DNA of 64,000 nucleotides from Xylographa opegraphella (taxonomy: Eukaryota), in assembly GCA_022813865.1 (NCBI GenBank), contig JALDZX010000015.1:310001-374000 (forward strand), in the 5' to 3' direction. A model generated the notes under the pieces. That model saw only the letters and a program-made list of their open reading frames with translations, ran no database searches and had not been told where the DNA came from. Both the position numbers and the translations under genes were made by a program. Positions 25,134 to 36,152 of this stretch are shown in pieces. Position 1 is the first letter of the stretch. Each line of letters opens with the position of its first letter.

Positions 25134-25463
25134 CTTCGTGACGCGGGGATCCCGCCCAGGTAAAATGGCACTCCTCATTCGGAAAACTTCCATGACAACG
25201 CCTAACAGCAAGCAGTGAGTCTGTCCGTGGGAATTCACTCAGTGGGATTACAAGCGGTATCAATTGCACGGCTTAAGCAATACTACGGGGAAAGAGTTTG
25301 GATTGCGCGTAGATATATCAAATGGGCACAAAGGGAGCGTTTCTAGCTCGTCTTTCCCGTTTCTAGACCGATGGTTTAAAAAAGTGTTCAACCTGCCAGA
25401 AGAGTTGACTGCGTGGGGAAGATGCGGCCGATGCTCTCACAGAAAGAAAATCGAAACATGGAT

Positions 25464-26704
25464 TCATGAGGCGGTTCTTGAGCTGGTGCTTTTTACACTC
25501 GTAGTTGACGAAGACGCTTTGGAGGTAAAGGAGCTGGTGCTTCGTAAACTCACAGTTGACGAAGACGCCTTGGAAGTGAGGGAGCTGGTACTCCTTACCC
25601 TCGCAGTTGACGAAGATGCTGTGGAGGTGATGGTTTTGTTACATGTTCCGAACTGAGACTGACTATCCAATGCCACAGCCATCAGCAGAGAAAGATGGCA
25701 TGCTTATCAATGATATCAATGCTTACCATCCCAACAGATCTGAGCAATAATACATGCTACTTCCACAATAACCTGCAGATGAGCAGCAATCCCCAAAGGT
25801 CGAACCTTTACAGATTAACTTGTTGTTATAGCCGCACGTGCCGTCCTTGGTGATTGTATAGGGAGCTTGAGTTGGTGTGGCGACTGCGCTTGTACTGGAC
25901 GAGCTTGACGCCGAGCAAAGTCCGCTTTGACAGCCGCTCCCGCAATAGTCGGAGCCATTGCCGCAACTACACTTGTCAGTTAGCTCCGGACAGTCACGAC
26001 AGTCAGTCTGTATCAGAGATGCACTCACTACCCCGAGCTCGAACAGCAGTTGCCAAACTTTGGAGGGCATGGCAAGTAATCATGTTCGGGGCCGCAGAGC
26101 CCATCGATGGAATAGACCTGACCGCCACTGCAGCTCCCTTCCTGACAGTTGCCTTCACCACAATAGGCGTCTCCCGTACCACAGCTGACGAGAAGGCGTC
26201 AGAACGTAGCCCATGCAGCGGAGTCAATGAACTTACTAGCCACCAGCGCCGCAGCAATCGCCGAATCCACTGCCAACACACGTACTGGTCCAGTTTTGTT
26301 GGTATCCACAGAGACCGTTTGTGGAGGCGTTCACGGGCGAGCCCGACGCTACGAAGCTTCAGTAAATCATGACTTGTGAAGTAGTATACATTCTCTTCCA
26401 ATGCCCTCGTACCTCGATGAATGCAGTACGTTTGCCCCGGTACAAAATCCGCACAGTTGGCTGTGATATTGGGATTCGCATATTGGAAATATTCGAGCGT
26501 GATGTTGAACTGGACGAGAACATCTGCGCAGCCTGTCCACACATCGGTTGTGTATTGTAGATGGCACTCGGGCAGTGGTTCGCCAGCGCTCTGCCGCTGC
26601 ACGAGGCTCCCGTCCAGACGCGCAGTGGAGTAAGCGGCACTTCGCTCTACGGACAGCAAGAGACTGAGCAACACCACCACCAATTGAATACCAGCTTGTA
26701 ACAT
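25464..26704 (-). CDS. Secreted non-catalytic chitin-binding protein: signal peptide + LysM + 3 hevein/CBM18 + S/T tail (~332 aa; introns 26349-26412, 26185-26236, 25967-26028, 25663-25726)
   Basis: LysM CHLQY...CADVLVQFNITLEYFQYANPNITANCADFVPGQTYCI; hevein units STNGLCG..FGDCCGAGGYCG, SIDGLCG..FGNCCSSSGYCG, TKDGTCG..FGDCCSSAGYCG. Manual splicing keeps frame (999 nt). Confidence 0.9.
25482..25630 (-). repeat. About three copies of a 51-bp coding repeat (ASSSTxxxRSTSSxTSK)
   Basis: AGTTGACGAAGA(C/T)GC recurs at 51-nt spacing (25503, 25554, 25605). Confidence 0.85.
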
Positions 26705-27558
26705 GATGAGAACGAGGTCTTGTTCTCGGTGCTTTAGATGAGGAGAATATTCAGGACATGCTCAGCGTTTCTGATAAGAAATAGGAGATGCGATTTCTGA
26801 CCACAGGCGCGATTCATTCCTTTCGAGGCAAACGCTGCGAGCCAGACTTCACTTGAGCCGCTGCGAGGAGGAATGTCGATCATCCAATCTATTGACGGCG
26901 TGTAACCAATATCAGCCTGCCTTATAGCGGTGAAGCATGTCAGCTCAAGGGACGCTCCTGTTCAGTATTTCCATTCGCTGAGTCTTCGCGCTCTGAAAAT
27001 TTTCTTGTATCAGCTGAGATTACAATGTGCTGTGATTAGTGCGCATCGGTGCCGAATATTGTACAAGGCAACTTGACTGCAGTTTGAGAACCCCAAATGC
27101 CTTTTTTCCTCGTGTATGCATGTATGTTTAAAGCACTCAAGGCATGAGGAGACTGATTGCCTGGCGCATCTGCAGGCCTTGGGATAGGCTCCTATTCCTG
27201 CGGACTGTGCCGCTGACGGCTTTTCTCTCTCCTCCAGGGTTTTTGTGCTACCTTCTGAGAAACTTTCTTGTGGCGGTCTGTTTGTATGGCCAATCGGTTG
27301 GTAACTTCGACCACCAGTGCTTATTTTTCCCATCCGAGTATGCCTCTATGTTCCGGCTGACCCTTGGGTATATGAACTTATTATTTTTGCCTCCATGTGA
27401 GTAAGACGGCAAGGCGAAGATCAACTTCTGCCTTCGGCCTTGCTTGTGACTGCCTTTCTTGTTGACTGCAGTGTCTATTAAGTTTTTACCAGAAGTCAAA
27501 ACCACTCAGTGTGGGATGCTGACAATGTGCAAGGATGTGGGTCACATTCAATTCCCAG

Positions 27559-27593
27559 AACCCGAAGGATGAACCCGCAGGATAAACCCGAGG
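27559..27593 (+). promoter_or_regulatory. Three AACCCG cores at 13-bp spacing, upstream of a TATA-like element (~27623) of the chitinase gene
   Basis: aacccgaaggatg-aacccgcaggata-aacccgagg seen directly; function is inferred from position only. Confidence 0.35.
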
Positions 27594-27681
27594 CTTCAGG
27601 GCGGTAAAAGGAAAGGGGCTACTATATGAGCAGACCATAGGGAGATGTGTTCCCTAGTCAGGCCAATTGTCCACGAAAAGT

Positions 27682-30600
27682 ATGGCTTACAAACTTCATA
27701 GAGCAGTTATACCACTCACTCTTTGTCTCATATTGCTTACTTTCACTTCGGCACAGACTTCCACTGTCAATGGTCAAGCTGTGTACTCTGGAACACCTGT
27801 TGCGACAAACCCTAATGGTATACCAACTCTTATATACAACTGTGCCAAACTTCCAGCAATCTGTCAAAATGTCAACCGTCGAAATCCGTTGACGGCCCTC
27901 GGCCCTGGTCAATATGGGACCTTACTTGGCAATGATCATATTGAATTGAATTACGATACAGATGCGGCACGACATGAAGCTCGTAATAAAGATGTATGTC
28001 CGGGGAGCTGGAAAAACACCCATCCTTGCCCCGAGACCAACCAGCCATACACAGTCCCTCAGGGTAGCTCCTACAATCATGGAGGATACCCTCCAGCAAG
28101 ATATAATCCCAACAACTTGGCCCCAGGTGCGTCTGGATACAACAAGATCGCTGATAGCCAAGGGGGAGAGTCAGGAATGATATGGACTTGTGATGAGTGG
28201 CCTCCAGCCATGTAAGCACCTCTACGTTCAGCTTGGCATGATTGCTTAGCAATTTTAGCTCGGCCGAAGGGGGACTTGGCCAAGCTCAGACAATCTGTGC
28301 TCCAGCAGATGCTTCCTGTGCTGGTGCCGGAGTGCTGTCGACACGATCAGAACAGAACTTTCAGTCCTATGCTCATAACACGCTTCGTCAACGGGTTGCT
28401 GGTACTACAAACCCTACTGGAGTTTTCACCTTTCATTTCAAGACTGTCTGGGACGACGACCCAGATATTCCGGCCACCCAAATCGAGTGGTATGATGACA
28501 CTGAGGCCGAGTTTTTGGATAACTACCAGAAACGATCTATTGTGCCTACCTACTTGGTTACCGATAATCTATTTGAGAATAGAACAATTCAAAGTGTGCG
28601 GCATCGTTTGACAGAGCAAGAAGTATGCAAATACCAGTCAATTTGGCTAAAGATTGTACTGATGTCTTTCTATCAGAAAAGAATCTTGCGGAATCGTGCC
28701 CTGCACACTGGCAATGCCTCTCATTCCCTTGTTCAGCAATCGTTCGATAGCCTCGACAAAGCTCCACCTCTTGCTATCATTGACATATCAAGAACACTCG
28801 TCCAGGAGGACGCTCATGTATCCGTGCAATTCAATGTCAATCAGTCGCATTGGTCATCAGCATTAGTAGACAGACCCTTTAACGATCATTCCTACAGTAC
28901 ACGAGGTTTGAAAGGTTTAAACACGATCGAAGCATTCTCTAAACGCCAAAATAAAGGGCAGTGTTCCGCTGGAAGCCCATGTCCTGATGGAAGCTGCTGC
29001 AACAATAACGGAGGTTGCGGCTACGGCCCCGAGAATTGTGGCCACGGAAACTGTACTTCTCAATGTGCGTATACGGTGCAGCCACAGGCTACATTACCAT
29101 GACACTGCATTCGCGTGGATTCTAACAGTAGGCCAGGCGATGCTACGGCTCTGTGCGGAAAAGACAGTGCGGGAGGGAACGTAAGCTGTCCGTTGAATGT
29201 CTGTTGTTCCTACTATGGCTACTGTGGAGTAAGTCTATATCCAGATCACAGATGTCAACCCTTTTTGCTGACCGACTTTCAGACGGGTTCAGATTTTTGT
29301 GAATCGCCCAACCCCCAAGCGCCCTGTCAGCAAGGGTTTGGATCGTGTCAAATAGTCTCGGCTCCCTCATGTGGTGGGGACTCGGCGAACGGTCGCTCTA
29401 TCGCTTATTACCAAGTGGCAAATGTACGCGAAAGACAGTGCAATCGTATTACCCCGGCGCAGATCAACACTACCGGTCTGACGCATCTCAACCTTGCCTT
29501 TGCGAGCATTGATCCATCCACTTTCATGGTGGTCCCAGGAGATGATGCGGACATAGAAATTTACCAACAATTCACAAGCTTGAAATCGTCGACCCTTAAG
29601 ACATGGGTGGCGATTGGAGGTTGGGATTTCAATGACCCCGGTCCAACGGAGACTACTTGGAGTGATCTCGCATCGACGGCAGCTAGTCGTGCGACTTTCA
29701 TTAGCTCTCTCCAGAAATTCATGGCGACGTATGGATTCCAAGGAGTGGATATCGATTGGGAATAGTGAGTTGCTTCTTCCTTCATTCCTAACATTTAGAT
29801 ACTCAATCACTTTTAGTCCTGGTGCGCCTGACCGAGATGGAAAAGTAGAAGACAAGGCGAATCTTGTATCTCTTCTGCAAGAAATGCGATCAGCCTTTGG
29901 AACCTCGTACGGTATCAGTGTCACTCTCCCTTCGAGCTATTGGTATCTCCGCTGGTTTGATCCGAAGGCAATGGAACCTTTTGTCGACTTCTTTGGTCTG
30001 ATGACATACGATTTGCATGGCCCTTGGGACGCTGAGGTCAAGTCGATCGGCCAAGTCGTGCTGGGACAAACAAACATCCCAGAGATATTCAATTGGACAA
30101 TGCCGTTATGGTACGACTCTGTGGATCCATCCAAGATCAACATGGGATTGGCTTACTACGGAAGAGGCTATACGCTCACAGACTCCAGTTGCAATCATGT
30201 CGGTTGTTCCTGGAGCTCGACGAGTCGACCTGGCCCTTGCACGGACTTCGCTGGAGTGATGTCATTGGAAGAGATCCAAAATCTTATTCCCCAGCTAGGA
30301 GTTGAGCCGGAGCTGCTTGCGACGGATATGATGAAGCAGTTAACATGGGGCAACCAATGGATCGGATACGATGATTTGGAAACAATTGCCATGAAGAAGC
30401 AGTGGGCCAGTAGTCACTGCTTTGGGGGAACTATGATCTGGAGTATTGATTTATATTCCGGTTCAGGAAGTGGGAACACTCCTGATGGGGGCGGTTCGAG
30501 CTCCCCTGGAGACCCTGGTTCTGGCGGAGGCCAGAACGGTGGTTCGGAAGGCAATTCTTCGTCAATAGTCTACATCGATCCCAAGATATGGGGTGAGCCG

Positions 30601-31728
30601 AATCCAGTCATCAATTGCGAGCCCCCGTGCACCTTTATATTGCCGCCATTGATACTATCGACCCCGACAACCATCAGCTTTCCGCTCTACACCACTTCTC
30701 TGGATGTTGCATGGTCCGCTTCCACGGGCTGGACGAGTATTGTCGAGACGACGGTCATCACAATTCCTCCGGTCACCACGACGGCAATCGATGTGTGGGA
30801 AATTACCGTGTCAGACACGAACAGCGCCACGGCCGTCGTGTCGTCTTTCTGGGTCACCAGTAGTGTCCTACCACCGCCCTTCAAGATCACCGACAACCCC
30901 AATCCACTCTCATCACCCGGCGTTTCGCACCCTCCCGTCACTCGAACCATCACCCCGCCTCCGTTCCCGTACACCTTCACCACTCCCGAGACCCACGCTA
31001 CGTCGACCTCCCACGAGGCAGCAGTCCTCCCCATCGTTACCTACAAGCCCGGCCCGCCCGGCCCGATCTGCAAATCCGGGTGCGGGAAACCGTGCCTGCT
31101 ATTCTGCAGCAGCCCGTGCCTGCTCGACTGCGTCGACGGCGGAGCCGACTTCCCAGACCCCATCAACCCCCACCCNNNNNNNNNNNNNNNNNNNNNNNNN
31201 NNNNNNNNNNNNNNNNNNNNNNNNNCCCCAACCTACAACGGCCCCATCGGCAAACCCTCCCCCACGAGCACCGTCTCCATCCAGCCCCCACCCCCCCCTC
31301 CCTCCCCCTCCCCGCCCCCCAACCCCGCGCCCCCGGCCCCGAACCCCGCCACCGAGTCCCTGCACTGCTACAACTCGGGCGCCGAAACGGGCCGCGGCGA
31401 CGCCATCAAGGCGCTGAACGCCTTCTGCACCTACTTCGCCGGCACGGTGCTCGACGCCTCGGACCCGCACTCGGCGCACACCCTGCAGGGCGACTACGGC
31501 GCCGTCTGCGCCGGCGCCCTCGGCTGCTTCGTCGACATCTACGTCTCCGTCACTGTTACCAACGGCTGCCGCTTTACGGTCGATGGGCCAGATCCCGATC
31601 AGGACTGTGGCCGCATCATCCGCGAGACGATCGATCGCTGCGATCAGAGTAGTACCCGCTTCAAGCAGGGCGGGACGGTGACGAGTAATTGCGCAGTGTG
31701 GGATTTCGATCCGAATGCGAATTGGTGA
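27682..31728 (+). CDS. Secreted multidomain subgroup-C GH18 chitinase with N-terminal NucA/NucB-like nuclease domain, 2 CBM18, Pro/Thr stalk and Cys-rich C-terminal domain (~1,250 aa; introns 28212-28258, 28623-28676, 29065-29136, 29229-29282, 29765-29816)
   Basis: Signal peptide; WTCDEWPPA|ISAEGG; CCNNNGGCGYGPENCG; CPLNVCCSYYGYCG; LTHLNLAFASID; VAIGGW; FQGVDIDWE|YP; MTYDLHGPWD; KINMGLAYYGR; WIGYDD; GTMIWSID. All five introns are GT-AG and restore frame. Confidence 0.88.
31176..31225. other. Assembly gap (50 N) inside the C-rich Pro-encoding stalk of the chitinase
   Basis: Run of N characters. Confidence 1.
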
Positions 31729-33277
31729 GGAGGAGAAGCCCGGGATCGGAGAAGGCGGGGGTTTGGGGGATAGATTTCGTGGCGCTGGGGGGTTAGGCCT
31801 GTGTCTCGAAGTACCAATGTTCGACGATGCGTGGATATATAGCGGACAGGATATGACGCTGTGGGAAACGGTGGCCGCTTACCATCCGGGGCTGGGGAAT
31901 CAGTGAAGCAACTCTATTTTTTTTTAGTAACACTCACATCCGCTCGATGATTGTGCGGCCACCAATCCATTTACGACGCACCCGGTACTTGGAAACACTG
32001 GAGATGGTAGTCGGTAAGCTGATAAGCATGCCGGGATCCTACACGAACGCCCACACGCCTCCGATGGTGTTTCTCTGCTCACAGAGCGTGACTTCGAAGC
32101 CTCATAGCTCTGAGGTCCTTCACTGCGGAGAAGACCCAAAGGTCCTACTATGATGTTTCGATAATACGTCCCAGAGTCATGTTAGGTTCACGGAGCCCGC
32201 ACCTCCACCCACGACAGCCGCAGTAGCTTTCTTCATGACTGAAGATCAAAAAAGGCATGGGATTTTCGTTTCTTGAGAGCGAGAGGGGATATAAGACACG
32301 AGATTCTCTCGGCCGTGGGTATTCAACGTCGCGTTGCAGGATCGGTGATATAAGCATTGATAGGGATAGCCGATATTGCACCAAGGATGGGGTATGGTGT
32401 AATATGGAGAGGACATGAGCGGTCTAGATTAATAGAGTTTCGATAATCTTTGTTCGTGATGTGCAAAGGAATGGTGGTTGTCCAAGGCAGCCTGAACGCA
32501 GGCAGCCTCCATGGAACCCAGCAAGCGACGCATAGTACATGTCTAATAAGGTAGCAATGAATCTGCAGTCGCTTCTTGCGGATCCTATATAATAATGCCG
32601 TGAGACTGTACACATATATCAACAACGAAATGACTAGTAGTGAAAGGGGCTTTTCGAGAGCGAAGGGTGTTGCTTAGTTGTGGTTAGCGCAGTCGGCGGC
32701 AAACTTCCTTAATACAGCAGCTCGTAAGGGGAAGGAACCCCGCTAAAGATCTTTGGACTCCTGGTGATATCCCACTAAGATCCAACTAATGATAGGTGTC
32801 CTTATCACCCGGCGCGAATGTTCCAGCGGGTCCGACCCGATTTGCGCCGGGAGGGTTTACCGGCTCGGTTCCGGGTCTTGGCAAGGCGAAGCAAAAACAG
32901 GCGAGGTTTCATGTGCTACAAAGGCGGGAAGTTTTCTGCATTCTTCACACCACGACTCGCTCACTAGCTGCGGCCTGGGGGCTGTACTGCATAAGCTTCT
33001 TGATGCTCCTGCTCTGTCTCTCGTGTTGGTGTGCCGGGTCTACTGGGTAGTGACCTGGGGAAGAGTATACCGCTGTCAATCTGCTTGCTCGAGATAGAGG
33101 CCCATGTTGCGGCGTCAGCAGGATAAGCTGATAGCTTCATTCATGCACTTTACATCCAGATTGCCCGACGGCCTGCCTTTGGAGATATACATCGGTTTCA
33201 TTGCGCAATGTAGCTGCACTCTGAACCCCAGCTGCCGTCCATCTGTAACATTCCGTTTCTGCTAGTGCTTGGATCTC

Positions 33278-34300
33278 ATGTCGGTGCGCCTCGCGGTCAG
33301 AGTCAATATTCTTCTGGCCTCCATCTTTATTTTTTCTCTTGATCAGCGTATGCCATCTTGGAATTGTGGTTTGCATATCCAGCAAGACTTGAGGCCTGCT
33401 CTGACCGCCAATGCTCTCTGAGTATGGCTTCGGCACAGAACCATTGGGTCGAACCACCAGACAACATCGGACTGTCGAACGGCGTTGTGACAGGAGATAC
33501 CACCATACCGGTATGGGCCTGGGGTACTACGCATCTCCTTGAATGGACAACTCCGTGGGAATTCTTCAACCTCTTCCTCGTCCAAGACTACAAGCCCAAC
33601 AATGAGGACACCATCCTGAGTAGGCACATCCCCACCGTTTCGAGCGCAGTTTCTGAGCCCACGAATTCCTCTATACTGACACGATCCGCTAGCGAATGTG
33701 ACCAATATCACAAGTTTCAATTGGACCGTCGCGACAGATATCATCGACCTGAGTCTGTCGCCGATATGTTGGTTCAAGCTGCATACGACCACGAGCGAAG
33801 GCGATAGCTTCTTCGAGTCCGCCGCATTCAATTTATCCGGAGGCCCGTCATGGCCTGCCTCTGAACTCGTTTTAACGACCGTGCTGCCGACCTCTTCCTC
33901 GGCTCCGACTTCGACCCCAACTTTGACCTCAAGTCCGACCCCTGTCTCCCTATCCATCCTATACACGTCCACGACCTCCACCCCAACGCCTACCACTCTC
34001 CCCTCCTCCGATCCTAACACAACCACCACCCCCACCTCCTCGCATCTCATCACCTCAATCGCTCTCGGAGTCAGCATCCCCGTCCTCCTCATCCTCGGCC
34101 TTCTGATCGCCTGGACGATCAGACGCAGAAGAAGAAAACCCTTGCCGCCACAAACGGCCAACAGTTCGGCCGTCGAGATAGCAGCCGAGGGGGGAAGTTC
34201 TGACGCGAAAGAAATGGAAGCTACGCAGGTGCATGAGCTGTTCAGCCCCGTCTCGCTGTCGGAGCTGCACGATGATGCGAAATGGGAGATGGCTGCGTAG
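33278..34300 (+). CDS. Single-pass Ser/Thr-rich cell-surface protein (Mid2/Wsc-like architecture); 5' exon uncertain
   Basis: Beta-rich ectodomain (LEWTTPWEFFNLFL | ITSFNWTV...FFESAAFNL), S/T stalk, TM IALGVSIPVLLILGLLIAW, RRRRRK stop-transfer, tail with EM/EL motifs. Confidence 0.7.
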
Positions 34301-36152
34301 GGCGCTTGATTGTTGTGGGCGGAGTGGTGTCTGTTAGGGTTGTCGATGGGGGTATGGCTTGTGGGGAGGCGTTCGTGGTGCTGGAGTCTAGCCCGGAGGG
34401 GGGGGATGGGGAGGTAGTAAATATGGGAAGATGTCCAGGGTGCAAAGTGGACGACAGGACATTCGATCATGGTAATTGGAGTAGGCTGATTGGGCTATGA
34501 CATCCCACCTTCGATGACAATGAACATGGACGTTCTGCCGGATACATAAATTGCATAAAAACCACCGCAGACCGCACTTCGATCCTGTGATAAACCGCAA
34601 ACAACTTGATCCTCAATCGAAAAGCGTATATTTATATGCAATAGACCCCGACCGCATCCGAAAACCCTTTATCCTTTTATCCCTTCCATCATTCCAACAG
34701 TCCTCCCCTCGCTCCCACCAACCCTTCTTCCCGTCCTCCTCGTAGTGTCTGTGACCCTTGCTATCCCGATCTCGCTGTCCATGACAAACTACCCCAACGC
34801 GCCGTCCCCGCCTCCCTCCGCACCGTACCCTTCTCCGTCATATACACGCGCGGAAATTCGTCGGCGTGAGCAAGCAGTTCTGGGACTGTAGCGCTCGTCA
34901 GTAGGGACGGTAGGAGCGCCGCCGGGTTCTGCGAACATTCAGACGAGGAGGTTCTTAGTCGTAGTATTTGGGGTAAAGTATCCGTCTTTGGGAGTGGATT
35001 TTTATTTGGCTTCTTGGTTCTCTGACAGAGGCGTGTCTCCTCGTTGAAGGCCGGCGGGTAAGGGGTTAGGACGTCTGATGGGGAGGTTTTTTGGCCAAGG
35101 GGAGGAGCTGTGAGTTTTGAGAATCGTGGGGGTGGGCTTTTTGGATTGGGAGGGATTGCGCGGAGGTTGGGGAGGGAGTTCTGCGGGATAGTGTGATATC
35201 GTTTGTTGTTGGGATTTGCTGCGAGGTTTGGGGTTTGGAAGGGTGGGTGCGGGGGGGGGTTGGTTCATGGGGATGGGGGCATGAAAGGGAGGCGTGATGG
35301 AAGATCTGGTATATCGAATGGAGACGAGATGGAAGGTCGATATGAGAAGATTAGAGAGAAGTCGACATGATGAGGATTGTGATATTTTGATAAGCATCTT
35401 ACCTTCCTCGCGAAGTTGAGAACTGGATAGTCGTGTTACTAGAAAATGTTTAGAAGGAGAGTGGGTATGTGGGTTTTGGTCTGTAGGAGTGAAGTAGATG
35501 ACTCTGTGCCTTAGATTCTGAGCAACTGCTCAGTCTGGTCGTGAACGCATTCGTAAGAGTGCCGCTACTTGTGGGCGTTCTTTACAATTCGTCCAGCAAT
35601 GGCATGAACTTGATACCATCATCGATTCTTCAAAGATGGCGAAGTAGAAGAGATATGCCCCTGAAGCTGGATCTTGATCCATCACTACCGACGCTTCTTG
35701 AACGCGCAGAGAAAAAAAATCCAGATATGTTACAATCCGCCAACAAAACACAGCGACAATAGAAAGCGGCCATTCACCGGATTTTTGAACATTCTGTGGT
35801 TGCTCTTCTAGACAGACTTACTACTGTAAAAGAGCCCCACTCTCGTAAAGAGCCTCACCTACCTATCAAATTAATACCGTGAAGGTATCATAGGTAGTTG
35901 GTGGATACTATATCATCGTCGACCACATGAGGTTAATCCAGTCCATACCAGCCCCTGCCCAAAGCGGGCTGGACCGCGAGATCGGCACTAAGGGACAAGG
36001 CAACGTCAAGCCCTAAACAAGGAACTCCCAAAACATTGCGTCACTCCAACTCAAGCTTGGACTCGACTCGACAAGCTTCTACATTATTTCCCAATCCATA
36101 CTCTTTCACTTCCTCCACACCGGCCGAACAAACGTCCTCCACACCCGCAATC

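Noticed and set aside
25264..25656. Plus-strand ORF with VDEDALEV repeats
   Set aside because: It is the antisense reading of the LysM protein's S/T repeat tail.
23227..33277. Mobile-element boundaries around the chitinase block
   Set aside because: No transposase, tyrosine recombinase, terminal repeats or target-site duplication visible; mobility is unsupported.
34620..35397. Possible small minus-strand gene (Pro/Gln-rich ORF 35002-35397 plus a downstream open stretch)
   Set aside because: No recognisable motif and I could not build a consistent spliced model.
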